Assembly (NCBI GenBank): GCA_029547745.1
Contig: JAKPOQ010000004.1
Span: forward strand, 2,737-66,736
Length of the DNA stretch: 64,000 nt
From: Actinomycetes bacterium
GTDB lineage: Bacteria; Actinomycetota; Thermoleophilia; UBA2241
Direction of reading: 5' to 3'
The notes under the pieces were generated by a model. That model was not told the origin of the DNA. It ran no database searches and saw nothing but the letters and a program-made list of their open reading frames with translations. Positions within the stretch are counted from its first letter, which is position 1, and the number at the start of each line of letters is the position of its first letter. Position numbers and translations under genes: made by a program. Below are positions 45,019-57,166 of this stretch, piece by piece.

Positions 45019-48000
45019 ATGGCTTCGCTCGGCATCGACATCGGCTGCATCAGCCTCAAGGCGGCTCTCGTCGGCGACCCTGACGACCGCGACCTCTTCT
45101 CCCGGCTCCTGACGGAGCGCCCAGACCTCTTCCAGACCTCTCGCGACGGTCTCACCCTCGTTGACGGCCGTCCCCTGCTGGTCACTCGGTATCGGCGCAT
45201 CAAGGGGAGCCCCGCGGAGGCGACGAAGAGGCTTCTCGAAGAACTCCACCATGTCGTCCCGGCCGAGGTCCTGCGCGGCGTCCGCGTCACGGGGTCGGGA
45301 GCGCGACTTATCGCGGAGGCCCTCGGGGCGCCGTTCGAGAACGAGTTCAAGGCCATCGCTCGTGGCCTTTCGAGCCTGCACCCCGAGGCCCAGACGATCT
45401 TCGAGATGGGCGGAGAGACCTCGAAGTTCATCCGCCTGGACGCGTCACACGCCGGCGCCCCCGGCGGCATCTCCGACTATCAGACGAACGGCGACTGCGC
45501 CGCCGGTACCGGGTCGTTCATGGACCAGCAGGCGAGCCGGCTGCTGTACGAGATCGAGGACGTCGGCGACATCGTGCTCGGGGCCGGCAAGGCGGCGAGC
45601 ATCGCCGGACGCTGCAGCGTGTTCGCGAAGAGCGACATGATCCACGCCCAGCAGAAGGGCTACGAACCTCCGGAAGTGCTCCGCGGCCTCTGCGACGCCG
45701 TGGTACGCAATTTCAGGGGGACGATCGCCAAGGGCAAGGTCGTCGCCCCCCCGGTCGCGTTCATCGGCGGCGTCGCCGCCAACAAGGGCGCCGTGCAGGC
45801 GTTGCGCGAGGCGTTCGGACTCGAGGACGGGGGCCTGTTCGTGCCCGAGTTCCACTTCTCGATGGGCGCGATCGGGGCGGCGCTGCTCGAGGCCGCTGCC
45901 GGTGAGGAGGGTCCGTTGGTCGCCGGCCTCGAACCGGCCGCGTTGCCCGCGGCGGAGTTCCCCGTCGCCGAACCCCTTTCGATGGAGAAGGTCCTGCTGC
46001 TCCGCGACACGGTCAAACCCTATGAGTGGCCGGCAGACGGGCGTCCTGTCGACGTGTTCATGGGTATCGACATCGGTTCGGTCTCGACGAACTTCGTCGT
46101 CATGGACGAGGCGGGCGAGGTCATCAAAGAGATCTACACGACGACCGACGCCCGCCCCGTCGAGGTGGTCAACGCGGGGCTCGCCGAGATCCGCGACGAG
46201 ATCGGTGACCGTATCGTGCTGCGCGGCGTAGGCACGACCGGCTCGGGGCGCGAGCTCATCGGCGAGCTCACCGGGGCCGACACCGTCACCGACGAGATCA
46301 CCGCCCACAAGACGGGCGCCGACTTCATCGGCCGCCGTATCGGCAAGCAGGTCGACACCATCTTCGAGATCGGCGGTCAGGACTCGAAGTTCATCAGCCT
46401 GCAGGACGGGATCGTCGTCGACTTCGCCATGAACGAGGCCTGCGCCGCCGGCACGGGCTCGTTCCTCGAGGAGCAGGCCGAGAAGCTCGGCATCGACATC
46501 AAGGGCGAGTTCGCGCGCATGGCCCTCAGCTCGCCGGCGCCGATCCGTCTCGGCGAGCGCTGCACCGTGTTCATGGAGCGCGACGTGATGGCCTATCAGC
46601 AGCGCGGCGCGCGCCGCGAAGACCTGGTCGCCGGTCTCGCTTTCTCGATCGCCTACAACTACCTCAACCGCCTGGTGCGCGAGCGCAAGATCGGCGAGTG
46701 CATCTTCTTCCAGGGCGGCACTGCCTACAACGACGCCGTGGCTGCCGCTTTCAGCCACATCCTCGACAAGCAGATCATCGTCCCGCCGTACAACGGCGTG
46801 ATCGGCGCCCTCGGTATGGCCCTCCTCGCTCGCGAACGCATCCAGCGGACGGGGGCGACGACGACGTTCCGCGGCTGGGACCTTGAACAGGTCGACTACA
46901 AGGTCATCGACTTCGTCTGCAAGGGCTGCTCTAACGAGTGCGACGTCCGTCAGTTCACGATCGAGGGCGAGAAGACCTATTGGGGCGACAAGTGCTCCGA
47001 CCGCTACCGCAAGCCCGCCAAGGTCGACAAGCAGCCCGTGATCGAGGATCTCATCGCCTTGCGTGAAGAGCTGCTGCTCGAGCCGTATCACGAGGCTCGC
47101 GAGCGCGTCGGCGACGATGCGCCGACGGTCGGCATCCCGCGCAGCATGTACACGTTCGAACGCCTGCCGTACTGGGCCACGTTCTTCGCCGAGCTCGGCG
47201 CGCGGCCGGTGCTCTCGCCCGAGACCGACAAGACGATCCGTGAGGTGGGCGTCGACCTTTCGGTCGCCGAACCGTGCTTCCCGATCCGTGTCGCTCACGG
47301 CCACGTCGACTGGCTGCTGCGCGAGGGCGTCGACCACGTGTTCCTGCCCAACCAGATCAACGAAGAGACGGAGTTCCCGCAGTTCAACTCGCATGCCTGT
47401 CCCTGGGGCCAGACGCTGCCCTTCGTGGTGCGTGCTGCCCCGCGCATAGAGGAGCATCGCGACAAGCTGCTCTCACCGCTGGTGCGCTTTCGACAGAGCC
47501 AAGAAGAACTGGCGCGCGATCTACGCGAGACGGGCGCGCGCCTGGGCGCCGACGAGCGGCGCGTGCGCGCCGCTCTCGACGCCGCCGCGCGCGCCCAGGA
47601 TGCGTTCCGCGCCGCCCTGCTCGAGGCCGGCGAGCGCGCTCTCGCCACGCTCGACGAGACGGGCGAGCTCGGCATCGTGCTCGTCGGTCGTCCGTACAAC
47701 ATGTACGACAAGGGTGTCAACATGGACATCCCCCGCAAGCTGCGCAAGTTCTACGGGGTGAACGTCGTCCCGCTCGACTTCCTGCCGATCAAGGGCATCG
47801 ACATCAACGACATCGTGCCCAACATGTACTGGAACTACGGGCGCAAGATCCTCCAGGCGGCGCGCTTCGTCCGCGACCATCCGCGCCTGCACCTCATCTA
47901 CATGACGAACTTCAAGTGTGGCCCGGACTCGTACGTCAAGCACTACGTCCGTGCCGCCTCGGGCAAGCCGTACCTGACCCTGCAGTTCGACGAGCACCAG

Positions 48001-48129
48001 AACGACGCCGGGGCGATGACGCGCTGCGAGGCGTACCTCGACAGCAAGGGCTTTCTGCGCTGGTGGTCGCAGGCCGCCCCGCAGGAGGCGCCCGCGGCCG
48101 TCGAGGAGGTGCCGCTTGGCTCCCGCTGA
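45019..48129 (+). CDS. Large CoA-substrate-specific enzyme activase fusion: two BadF/BadG/BcrA/BcrD (HgdC-like) ATPase modules plus a dehydratase-like C-terminal region
   Basis: 1036 aa. There are two ASKHA-fold repeats, each with a Cys pair (TNGDCAAGTGSF and NEACAAGTGSFL). This family (acyl-CoA dehydratase activase-related) is conserved but functionally uncharacterised. Confidence 0.8.
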   Translation: MASLGIDIGCISLKAALVGDPDDRDLFSRLLTERPDLFQTSRDGLTLVDGRPLLVTRYRRIKGSPAEATKRLLEELHHVVPAEVLRGVRVTGSGARLIAEALGAPFENEFKAIARGLSSLHPEAQTIFEMGGETSKFIRLDASHAGAPGGISDYQTNGDCAAGTGSFMDQQASRLLYEIEDVGDIVLGAGKAASIAGRCSVFAKSDMIHAQQKGYEPPEVLRGLCDAVVRNFRGTIAKGKVVAPPVAFIGGVAANKGAVQALREAFGLEDGGLFVPEFHFSMGAIGAALLEAAAGEEGPLVAGLEPAALPAAEFPVAEPLSMEKVLLLRDTVKPYEWPADGRPVDVFMGIDIGSVSTNFVVMDEAGEVIKEIYTTTDARPVEVVNAGLAEIRDEIGDRIVLRGVGTTGSGRELIGELTGADTVTDEITAHKTGADFIGRRIGKQVDTIFEIGGQDSKFISLQDGIVVDFAMNEACAAGTGSFLEEQAEKLGIDIKGEFARMALSSPAPIRLGERCTVFMERDVMAYQQRGARREDLVAGLAFSIAYNYLNRLVRERKIGECIFFQGGTAYNDAVAAAFSHILDKQIIVPPYNGVIGALGMALLARERIQRTGATTTFRGWDLEQVDYKVIDFVCKGCSNECDVRQFTIEGEKTYWGDKCSDRYRKPAKVDKQPVIEDLIALREELLLEPYHEARERVGDDAPTVGIPRSMYTFERLPYWATFFAELGARPVLSPETDKTIREVGVDLSVAEPCFPIRVAHGHVDWLLREGVDHVFLPNQINEETEFPQFNSHACPWGQTLPFVVRAAPRIEEHRDKLLSPLVRFRQSQEELARDLRETGARLGADERRVRAALDAAARAQDAFRAALLEAGERALATLDETGELGIVLVGRPYNMYDKGVNMDIPRKLRKFYGVNVVPLDFLPIKGIDINDIVPNMYWNYGRKILQAARFVRDHPRLHLIYMTNFKCGPDSYVKHYVRAASGKPYLTLQFDEHQNDAGAMTRCEAYLDSKGFLRWWSQAAPQEAPAAVEEVPLGSR

Positions 48130-48142
48130 CGGCGCCAAGGTC

Positions 48143-49435
48143 ATGGACCCCAAGGTCCAGAAGGTCCTGCGCGAGCAGGGGCTCGAAGGCCGTCGTCTCT
48201 ATCTGCCGCACATGCCGTACGGCGGCAGCTACCTCCTGGCGAGCGCGATCCGCTCGATCGGCATGGAGGCTTGGCCGACGACCGACTCGAACGAGCGCAC
48301 CCTCGAGCTCGGCGGCCGCGTGACCTCGGGCGAGGAGTGCTATCCGCAGAGGATCTGCATCGGCGACTTCCTGCGCATCATCGAGGACGAGGGACGCGAG
48401 AACGTCGCCTTCCTCATGCCCACCGCCAACGGCCCCTGCCGCTTCGGGCAGTACCTCCACCTCATCCGCACGACGTTCGACGAGATGGGGTACCAGGACA
48501 TCCCGCTCATCACGATCACGTCCAACGACGGTTACCAGTCGATCGGCGACTACTCGATCGACCTCGTCCGTACCGCCTGGCGGGCCGTCGTCGCCCAAGA
48601 CATCCTCATGAAGGCGCTGCTCAAGACGCGGCCGTACGAGCGCCACAAGGGCGACGCCGACCGCGTCTACCTCGACAGCATCGTCGAGGTCGGCGAGGCG
48701 CTGAGCCTGATGGGTGTCTCACACCGCCAGCGTCTGGCCGCCGTCCGCGCCGCGCTCCTCAAGGCGCGCGACCGGTTCCGCGCCATCCCCGCCGACTACG
48801 ACCGCACGCGGCCCCTCATCGGCGTCGTGGGCGAGATCTTCTGCCGCTCGAACACGTTCGCGAACTTCGACCTCGTGCGCGTGGTCGAGGAGCACGGCGG
48901 CGAGTGCTGGCTCGCCGACATCGGCGAGTGGGTCTGGTACACCGACGACGAGCATCGCCGTCGCCTCGAGGCGGAGGGTCGCAAGTACTCCGTCGAGGCG
49001 GCGGTCCGTGTCATCACGACGAAGATCCAGCGTGCCGACGAGCATGCCCTGTACCGCGACTGGAAGGACGACTTCGTCGGCTACGAGGAGCCGCACGATG
49101 TGCGCGAGGTCCTCAGGATGAGCGAGCCTTACCTGCCCTACAACGGGGCCTTGGGCGAGATGGTGCTCTCCACTGGGAAGTCGATCTACCTCTACGAGAA
49201 GGGCGCCGACGGTATCATCGACATCAGCCCGTTCAGTTGCATGAACGGCATCGTGACGCAAGCCGTGTACCCGCTCGTGCAGCGCGACCTCGACGGCCTG
49301 CCGATCCGGGTGTTCTACTTCGACGGCACCCAGGCCGACCTCGAGCGCGACGTCGGCATCTTCATCGAGCTGGCGCGCACCTACCAGCGGCGCAAGAAGA
49401 AGGTGCGCCGCTACCCCGCGTACTTCGGCGCCTGA
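48143..49435 (+). CDS. 2-hydroxyacyl-CoA dehydratase family protein (HgdB/D-component-like)
   Basis: The ATG at 48143 is preferred over the track TTG at 48116. About 430 aa with dehydratase-family Cys residues (CYPQRIC, GPCRFGQY, SPFSCMNG). Confidence 0.7.
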   Translation: MDPKVQKVLREQGLEGRRLYLPHMPYGGSYLLASAIRSIGMEAWPTTDSNERTLELGGRVTSGEECYPQRICIGDFLRIIEDEGRENVAFLMPTANGPCRFGQYLHLIRTTFDEMGYQDIPLITITSNDGYQSIGDYSIDLVRTAWRAVVAQDILMKALLKTRPYERHKGDADRVYLDSIVEVGEALSLMGVSHRQRLAAVRAALLKARDRFRAIPADYDRTRPLIGVVGEIFCRSNTFANFDLVRVVEEHGGECWLADIGEWVWYTDDEHRRRLEAEGRKYSVEAAVRVITTKIQRADEHALYRDWKDDFVGYEEPHDVREVLRMSEPYLPYNGALGEMVLSTGKSIYLYEKGADGIIDISPFSCMNGIVTQAVYPLVQRDLDGLPIRVFYFDGTQADLERDVGIFIELARTYQRRKKKVRRYPAYFGA

Positions 49436-49475
49436 GGGCGCAGGTCGCGTACCTCGGCGCCTGAGGGCGCACACC
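49418..49475. repeat. 29-bp tandem duplication (GCGTACYTCGGCGCCTGAGGGCGCA x2) spanning the stop codon of the HgdB-like gene
   Basis: Read from the sequence. The copies differ at 2-3 positions. Confidence 0.6.
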
Positions 49476-49506
49476 GCAATCTCGCCCGGCTCCTGGCAGC
49501 CATGCC

Positions 49507-49887
49507 TCAGCCGCCGTCCGGGGCGGACGTCTCGCGGGCTTCCATCTCGAGCGAGAGCAGGGCGTTCCCCGTCGCCAGGATGGCGATGATGGCCTCCCAG
49601 CCACGCGAGGCGCCGAGGGTGGCGGCCACCGCTGCTGCGGCGAGGGCGAGGTGGGTCTGGAGGACGAGGCGGCGGCGCTCGGGCCGCAGGCCCGGGACCG
49701 CCGCCTGGCACAGGACGGCGCCCGGCAGCAAGAAGACGACGGCGCAGAGGCCCAGGTAGATGATCGTCGCGACCATCTCGTCTGATAAGCCGCCGCGGAC
49801 GAGCGTTACGACGGCGCCCGCGGCGATGCAGCCCTCGGCCACCCAGAGCAGGTGCGTCCATCGTCTGTCGCTGACAGGGGCGTGCAT
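49507..49887 (-). CDS. Small hypothetical membrane protein (about 3 TM)
   Basis: 126-aa ORF with hydrophobic stretches. No domain call. Confidence 0.4.
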   Translation of the reverse strand: MHAPVSDRRWTHLLWVAEGCIAAGAVVTLVRGGLSDEMVATIIYLGLCAVVFLLPGAVLCQAAVPGLRPERRRLVLQTHLALAAAAVAATLGASRGWEAIIAILATGNALLSLEMEARETSAPDGG

Positions 49888-49993
49888 GCCGGGCTTCCGG
49901 AGCGTCGGCGCGGTACGTCCACATCATCGGCAGGTCCCGCGCGGACTTCAAGCCGCGCTTCGGAGCGCGAGGGCGGCCTTGAGGACCGAGGGG

Positions 49994-50053
49994 TTGCGAG
50001 GAGGGGTGTCAGGCTCAAGAAGATTGCGAGGAGGGGTGTCAGGCTCAAGAAAG
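49994..50053. repeat. Two tandem 30-bp repeats (TTGCGAGGAGGGGTGTCAGGCTCAAGAARR), followed by a 13-bp inverted repeat GAGGCCCTTCGCC ... GGCGAAGGGCCTC (50058..50124)
   Basis: Read from the sequence. They lie in the intergenic region 49888..50165, downstream of the 58-aa gene. Confidence 0.6.
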
Positions 50054-50165
50054 GGGTGAGGCCCTTCGCCTTGGTGCCTGGCGGGTCGGGGGGCCGGAGC
50101 CAGGCGGCGAAGGGCCTCTTGACCGTCCGCGACGGGGGGGACGTCGCTCGCGGCGATGGGGCTCG

Positions 50166-50342
50166 TCAGCGGCCGCGCAGATGTCGCATGGACACCTCGT
50201 TGCCGAAGAAGTCGAGCTCGCCGTTCGGCCCCTTGGGGGCATACGAACGGAGCAGCTCAGGATTCACGCCGGAGGGCGTTCCGATGGCTTCTCCGGCTCC
50301 TGTCAGCGCCCTGTTCAGCAGCAGAAGCACATGGTTCGTCAT
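50166..50342 (-). CDS. Hypothetical 58-aa protein in a low-GC islet
   Basis: Starts MTNHVLLLLNRALTGAG with a strong SD (AAGGAGGG) 8 nt upstream and AT-rich 5' flank. It is the 3' part of track ORF 50166..50402. Confidence 0.4.
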   Translation of the reverse strand: MTNHVLLLLNRALTGAGEAIGTPSGVNPELLRSYAPKGPNGELDFFGNEVSMRHLRGR

Positions 50343-50567
50343 CTCACATCCCTCCTTGAAAATCATCGAGTTTGTTCCTTCAGGCACAAATGATATCCCC
50401 ACGCCGCGCCGGCGTCAAACCCGGGCACGCGGAGGCTCGCCCGTCCGGTCTGCGCGGGCCCGCGACCGCTTGGTGTGCAGGGGTCCGACACCGCCGGGTG
50501 TGCATGCGTCCGCGCCGGGTCGGCGGACGCCGATCCGCTCCCCGCACGTCCGGCTCGCGTCGCTGGG

Positions 50568-51044
50568 TCAGCGCGCGTAGGGGACGCGCAGTTCCATGAC
50601 GTGCAGCCACGGCGCCGCGGGGGGCTCCGGCGCCGACTCGTACACCACGGTCAACGGGCCGTTGGCACGGTAGCCGAGTGCATCGAGCGCCTCGTACAGC
50701 GCGCGCACCGCGTCCCCGGCGTCGTCCAGGGTACCGGGGAGCGTGGTCGTGAGGGCGTGGTGCGCGGGGACGAGCTCGCCGCGCGCCTCTCCGATGTCGT
50801 CCGGTATCGAACCGTCGGCACGGGGTTCGACGGGCAGGCACACGGCGTAGTCGGGGATGGCTGTCTCCGGGGTGTCGTAGAAGCGCGCCGTCATCGGCTC
50901 CCCGGGCGTCAGCCCTGCTCCAGCGACGAGCTCGCGGAGGTGCCGCATCCGGGTGCCGATGTCGGCCAGAGGGCTGCGCCGGCGCAGCACGGCGACGGCC
51001 TGTTCGGGGACATGGACGATGTCGACGTCGTGGACCACGGTCAC
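50568..51044 (-). CDS. GyrI-like small-molecule-binding domain protein (AraC-effector-domain family)
   Basis: 158 aa. The fold signature is only weakly recognisable. Confidence 0.55.
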   Translation of the reverse strand: MTVVHDVDIVHVPEQAVAVLRRRSPLADIGTRMRHLRELVAGAGLTPGEPMTARFYDTPETAIPDYAVCLPVEPRADGSIPDDIGEARGELVPAHHALTTTLPGTLDDAGDAVRALYEALDALGYRANGPLTVVYESAPEPPAAPWLHVMELRVPYAR

Positions 51045-51122
51045 GATCCTGTCTCGTTGCGCGCCGAAGGATACCCTCGGGTGCGTCTTCTCAGGCGTCC
51101 GCCCGCTTCCACAGACGTCACG

Positions 51123-51995
51123 TCAGGCCGCCGCCACCGTGTCGCCCGAGCGGCGCACGAGGCCGTCGCGCTCGAGGGCCAGGACGAGGTCGTGGACGAA
51201 CGGTCCGTCGACGGCGAGCAGCGCCGCCAGGCCGGCCTTCGTCTGGGGACCGTCGTCGAGGACGGCGCGCAGCAGTCGCGCGCGGTACCAGCGACGGGAC
51301 CCGACGAAGGCGCCCTGGCGGGTGCGCGGCGCGACGCCGGCGGATCGGGCCGTGAGCACCAGGGCGCCGTAGTCCATGAGCGCGTTGTGCCAGTCGCGAC
51401 TCCGGCCGTGGGGGAGCACGGCGTCGGCCACGGCCTGGATCGCGGACGGCGGCAGGTCGGCCGGCAGCTCGAGTTCGTGGACGAGGACACGGCGCACGTT
51501 GGCGTCGACCGCGGCGACGTCGGCGTTGTAGGCGAAGACCATGACCGCGCGCGCTGTGTACGGTCCGATCCCCGGGAGGGCGCCCAGCCCTTCGACAGTC
51601 GCGGGCAGCGCGGCGGGACGTCCCGGCACCCGCCGAGCGACGCAGATACGCGCGCAACGCCGGAGGCGTTCGGCGCGGTTGTTGTAGCCGAGGCCACGCC
51701 AGGACCGCAGGACGTCGGCGAGCGGCGCCATGGCCAGCGCCTGCAACGTCGGATACGTCTCAAGGAAGCGGCCGTACGCAGGGACGACGCGTGACACCTG
51801 CGTCTGCTGGAGCATGACCTCGCTGACGAGCACCGCGTAGGTGTCGGTCGTGTGGCGCCAGGGGAGGTCGCGCCCGTTCTGCTCGTACCACGCCAGGAGT
51901 CGCGCCTGCAGCGCCGCCGCCTGGCGGTCGTCGGGCGTCCAGACCGCCGACGGACGAGTCGTCGGATGGCGGCCGGAGGAGGCGGGACGGGGCAT
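51123..51995 (-). CDS. HhH-GPD superfamily DNA glycosylase (EndoIII/MutY-related, no FeS loop) with C-terminal wHTH-like extension
   Basis: HhH motif LPGIGPYTARAVM and catalytic Asp region. Starting at M13 (MPRPASS) avoids overlap with the ABC-F gene. Confidence 0.7.
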   Translation of the reverse strand: MPRPASSGRHPTTRPSAVWTPDDRQAAALQARLLAWYEQNGRDLPWRHTTDTYAVLVSEVMLQQTQVSRVVPAYGRFLETYPTLQALAMAPLADVLRSWRGLGYNNRAERLRRCARICVARRVPGRPAALPATVEGLGALPGIGPYTARAVMVFAYNADVAAVDANVRRVLVHELELPADLPPSAIQAVADAVLPHGRSRDWHNALMDYGALVLTARSAGVAPRTRQGAFVGSRRWYRARLLRAVLDDGPQTKAGLAALLAVDGPFVHDLVLALERDGLVRRSGDTVAAA

Positions 51996-52000
51996 GGGAC

Positions 52001-54055
<2,055 letters not shown>

Positions 54056-54243
54056 GATCGGGGCATGGCACGGCGGGCGGGACGATGCGGGAGCGGCAGG
54101 ATACCACCCGCGCACCGGGCCTGCCAGCGTATGCCGCGCAGGAAGACCACGGCCCGTCAACAGGCGGGATACTCTGTGGGCGGCCGGGAGGCGGTCGCCG
54201 AACAGGGAGCAGGGACGTGTGATCGGCGGCGGCTCGGACCCCG

Positions 54244-54795
54244 TCAGGTGCCGTAACTCGTCAGGTCTTGGGCGAGCCCCTCGTAGTATTCGACAGCCCC
54301 TTCTTCGCTGTCTTCGCTGTCGACGTTCTCAAAGGCGCGTGTCAGTTCATCGTGGTCAGCTTCGGAGAGCACGTCGAGAGCATGTACGAAGATCCCACTC
54401 TCCTCCTTGGCCATATGCTGCTCGATCTCGTCGACGTATGCGAGCAGGTCGTGACACAGCGGCTCGAGTGCACTCTGGTCCCCGCGTCTCGCCTTGGGCA
54501 CCCATTCGGCCGCGGCCTTCAACATCGCACGCATGGCGTCGTGTTCGTAGCAGAGGCTCTTGAGGGGCTCCTCATCCCACGCCAAACCCTTATGGTGGAG
54601 CATGCTGAAGAGGAGGTCCTCTTCCTTTGGGTCGTGGCAGGAGTTGGTGTAGAAGCGGAAGAACTCGATGAAACGCTCGATCTCGGCCGCATCGACGACG
54701 TGACAGCGACCCGCCCGGTCGAGCTCGTGCCTGCACGCCTTGCAGACCTCTCGCATCACGCGATGCTCGCGCTTGAGGGACGCGATGGCCTCCAT
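54244..54795 (-). CDS. Hemerythrin-like HHE cation-binding domain protein
   Basis: 183 aa with His/Glu-rich helical motifs (HHK, EHD, HDL, EIEQH). GC content is lower than in the surroundings. Confidence 0.7.
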   Translation of the reverse strand: MEAIASLKREHRVMREVCKACRHELDRAGRCHVVDAAEIERFIEFFRFYTNSCHDPKEEDLLFSMLHHKGLAWDEEPLKSLCYEHDAMRAMLKAAAEWVPKARRGDQSALEPLCHDLLAYVDEIEQHMAKEESGIFVHALDVLSEADHDELTRAFENVDSEDSEEGAVEYYEGLAQDLTSYGT

Positions 54796-55092
54796 GGCGC
54801 CTCCTTGTGGACGGGCTCGCCGGACACCTCAGCAGGCATCTTGTGCCCGCGCATCCCGCGGGTCAATCTTGTGCCCTGACTAAGCTACCTTCTTCCGCCT
54901 CTTGATGCCAGATGCCGCAACGCTGCTCTTGCCTTGGTTAGCATTGGCGCAGGGACTGCATCGGGCGTGACACTTCTGCAGGCGCCTGCGCGTCGCTAGT
55001 GCCTGCAGGCTGTGGGCGAAACACCCTGTGCGTGCGGGCCATACTCGGCTAGCATGTCGTTGACAACGTGAGTACCACGAGCCAGTGGGGGT

Positions 55093-56277
55093 GTGGAGAT
55101 GGACCTTGGTCGCTGCTTCAAGGATGCATGGAATCTTCTCATGAAGGACTTGGCGCCGCTGGCAGCCACGGCAGCCATCGGCGCGGTGGTCATCGTCGTG
55201 GTGACCGTGCTCGTGGGACTAGGGGCGGGTACGTCGCTGACCGCCGCGGTGAGCGGTGGCGAGCTCAAGATCGAGGAGGTGGGGGCCGGAGCGGTCGTGT
55301 TCGGCGCCATTGTGATCGCGGTCGTGGGAATCGTGGTCGGGGCATGGGAGTGCTCGACGCTGCTCAAGATCATGCTGCGCCGCGTGCGCGAGATGCGCGC
55401 GGCTTCGATGAGCGACCTGCGACTCGGGCTGGAAGGGATCGGCCGGTTCATCCTCGCCATGCTCGTGCTTGAGGTCGTCATCGGCCTTGGGTTCGTTGCG
55501 CTTGTCATCCCCGGCCTGATCCTGATGACGATCTGGGCGTATGCGCTCGTCCTCGTCGCCGACAGGGACAGCGGGATCGGCGAGGCGATGTCGGGGAGCA
55601 TGGCTCTGGCGAAGAAACCCGGCTACTTGATGACCTTCGTGACGCTGCTCCTCGGGGGCATCGTCGTCGGGGCGGTGGGGGGGCTTCTCGGCATGATCCC
55701 CATCATCGGCCAGATCCTCGGGATCTTCACCGGCGTGTACGGCATCGCCTACCTCGTGGCGATGTACTTCCAAGCGACCGGCGAGACGGCTCTCCTCGAC
55801 CACGCCTTGTACGGTGTGCCGTTGCCGGTCGGTCCCACGGCGGGCGCTGCCTCTCCGCCGGCGCCAGGGGCTGCTTACACTCCGGCGCCGCCCGCCGCAG
55901 CAGGAGAGGCCCCGGTGACGTCCTCTGCGGACGTGTGGGCCACTGCAGCCGAGCCATTGGGGGCGGCAGCGGTGCCCGCGCCGCCGATACCCCCGACACC
56001 CCCCGCGCCGGCGGCGGCGCCGGCGCCGCCGGCGCCGCCGTCTGGGCCACCGACGATGAGCCCTTCGGCGCCGTCCTACGAGCCTCCCTCCACGAGCGTC
56101 TCGCCACCCGTCGTCAGCGAGGTCTCGGGTACGCTCACACTGCGGTGTTCGCAGTGCGGTGCTGCGGTCGGGGCCTCGGACACGTTCTGCCACGTCTGTG
56201 GCTTCGAGCTGAGCGGTGGTCACGGGACCTCCGGCGACACTCACGGGGGGGAAGGCGACGAGGCCCGCCCGGCGTGA
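55093..56277 (+). CDS. Membrane protein with Pro-rich linker and C-terminal zinc-ribbon
   Basis: Six or more TM helices, an APAPPAPP linker, and CSQCGAAVGASDTFCHVCG. Confidence 0.55.
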   Translation: MEMDLGRCFKDAWNLLMKDLAPLAATAAIGAVVIVVVTVLVGLGAGTSLTAAVSGGELKIEEVGAGAVVFGAIVIAVVGIVVGAWECSTLLKIMLRRVREMRAASMSDLRLGLEGIGRFILAMLVLEVVIGLGFVALVIPGLILMTIWAYALVLVADRDSGIGEAMSGSMALAKKPGYLMTFVTLLLGGIVVGAVGGLLGMIPIIGQILGIFTGVYGIAYLVAMYFQATGETALLDHALYGVPLPVGPTAGAASPPAPGAAYTPAPPAAAGEAPVTSSADVWATAAEPLGAAAVPAPPIPPTPPAPAAAPAPPAPPSGPPTMSPSAPSYEPPSTSVSPPVVSEVSGTLTLRCSQCGAAVGASDTFCHVCGFELSGGHGTSGDTHGGEGDEARPA

Positions 56278-56583
56278 CGAGCTGACGGGCGCGGTCTGCG
56301 GCCCACGCCGGGAACCGTGCCCATCGTGACTTCACGGCGGATGGTCCTCTTCGGGCGAGTCGGCGGTGAAGCGCGTGGTCACACTCCAGGCCGGTGGTCG
56401 TCGTGTCGTACGGCAGCGACATCCCGTGCCGGGCGGCAGCGGCAGCGGCCTCTCCTGTTCAGTGCCTGCCGGTGTTCGGAGACGCCGCCGTGGGAGCCGT
56501 GAGTCGTACGTCCGTGTGTCGTCGATACCCCGGTAGGGTATATGGCCTGCGATGTGACTTCGTCTGCTCGTGGAGGAGTCCAG

Positions 56584-56988
56584 ATGGACATGAGCATCAG
56601 CTTTCCCGGCAACCTGCGCGTCGACGCCGAGTACAAGGGGTTCACTATCCATACGGACCAGTCGGTGGCCAGCGGGGGCGACGGGTCGGCGCCGGAGCCG
56701 TTCGACCTGTTCATGGCGTCGCTGGGGACGTGCGCCGGGATCTTCATGTTGAGCTTCATGAAGCGACGCGGCATCGCGACAGAAGGCGCCGGCATCACGA
56801 TGACGGCTACCAGGGATTCGGAGAGTGGCTTGGTCGGAAGGATCGACTATCAGCTTCATCTGCCGCCCGGGTTCCCCGAGAAGTACGAGTCGGCGGTGGT
56901 GCGCGCCGTGGAGCAGTGCACGGTGAAGCGCCACCTCGAGAAGCCGCCGCGGTTCACCGTCACCACCAGTCGCGCCGAGGCCGACTGA
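56584..56988 (+). CDS. OsmC/Ohr-family peroxiredoxin-like protein
   Basis: Start MDMSISFPG. Conserved Cys pair in SLGTCAGI and EQCTVK. Confidence 0.8.
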   Translation: MDMSISFPGNLRVDAEYKGFTIHTDQSVASGGDGSAPEPFDLFMASLGTCAGIFMLSFMKRRGIATEGAGITMTATRDSESGLVGRIDYQLHLPPGFPEKYESAVVRAVEQCTVKRHLEKPPRFTVTTSRAEAD

Positions 56989-57166
56989 GGGCAGCGACAC
57001 GGGCCGGACGGGTCCGCTCGACGGCTCGTCTGTCTGCCGGTCCCCCACGCAGTCGCCAAGCTCGTGGGACCCGTCCCGCCGCCGGGATCGTTCGTCGGTC
57101 GGGCACGTTCGGGCCTTGCCCCGGCGTGGTCGCTGACACTATGGTGGCCGCGGAGGTGACGCGCGC

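Noticed and set aside
45445-47457. 670-aa minus-strand ORF inside the activase fusion gene
   Set aside because: Antisense shadow, G/A/D/R-rich.
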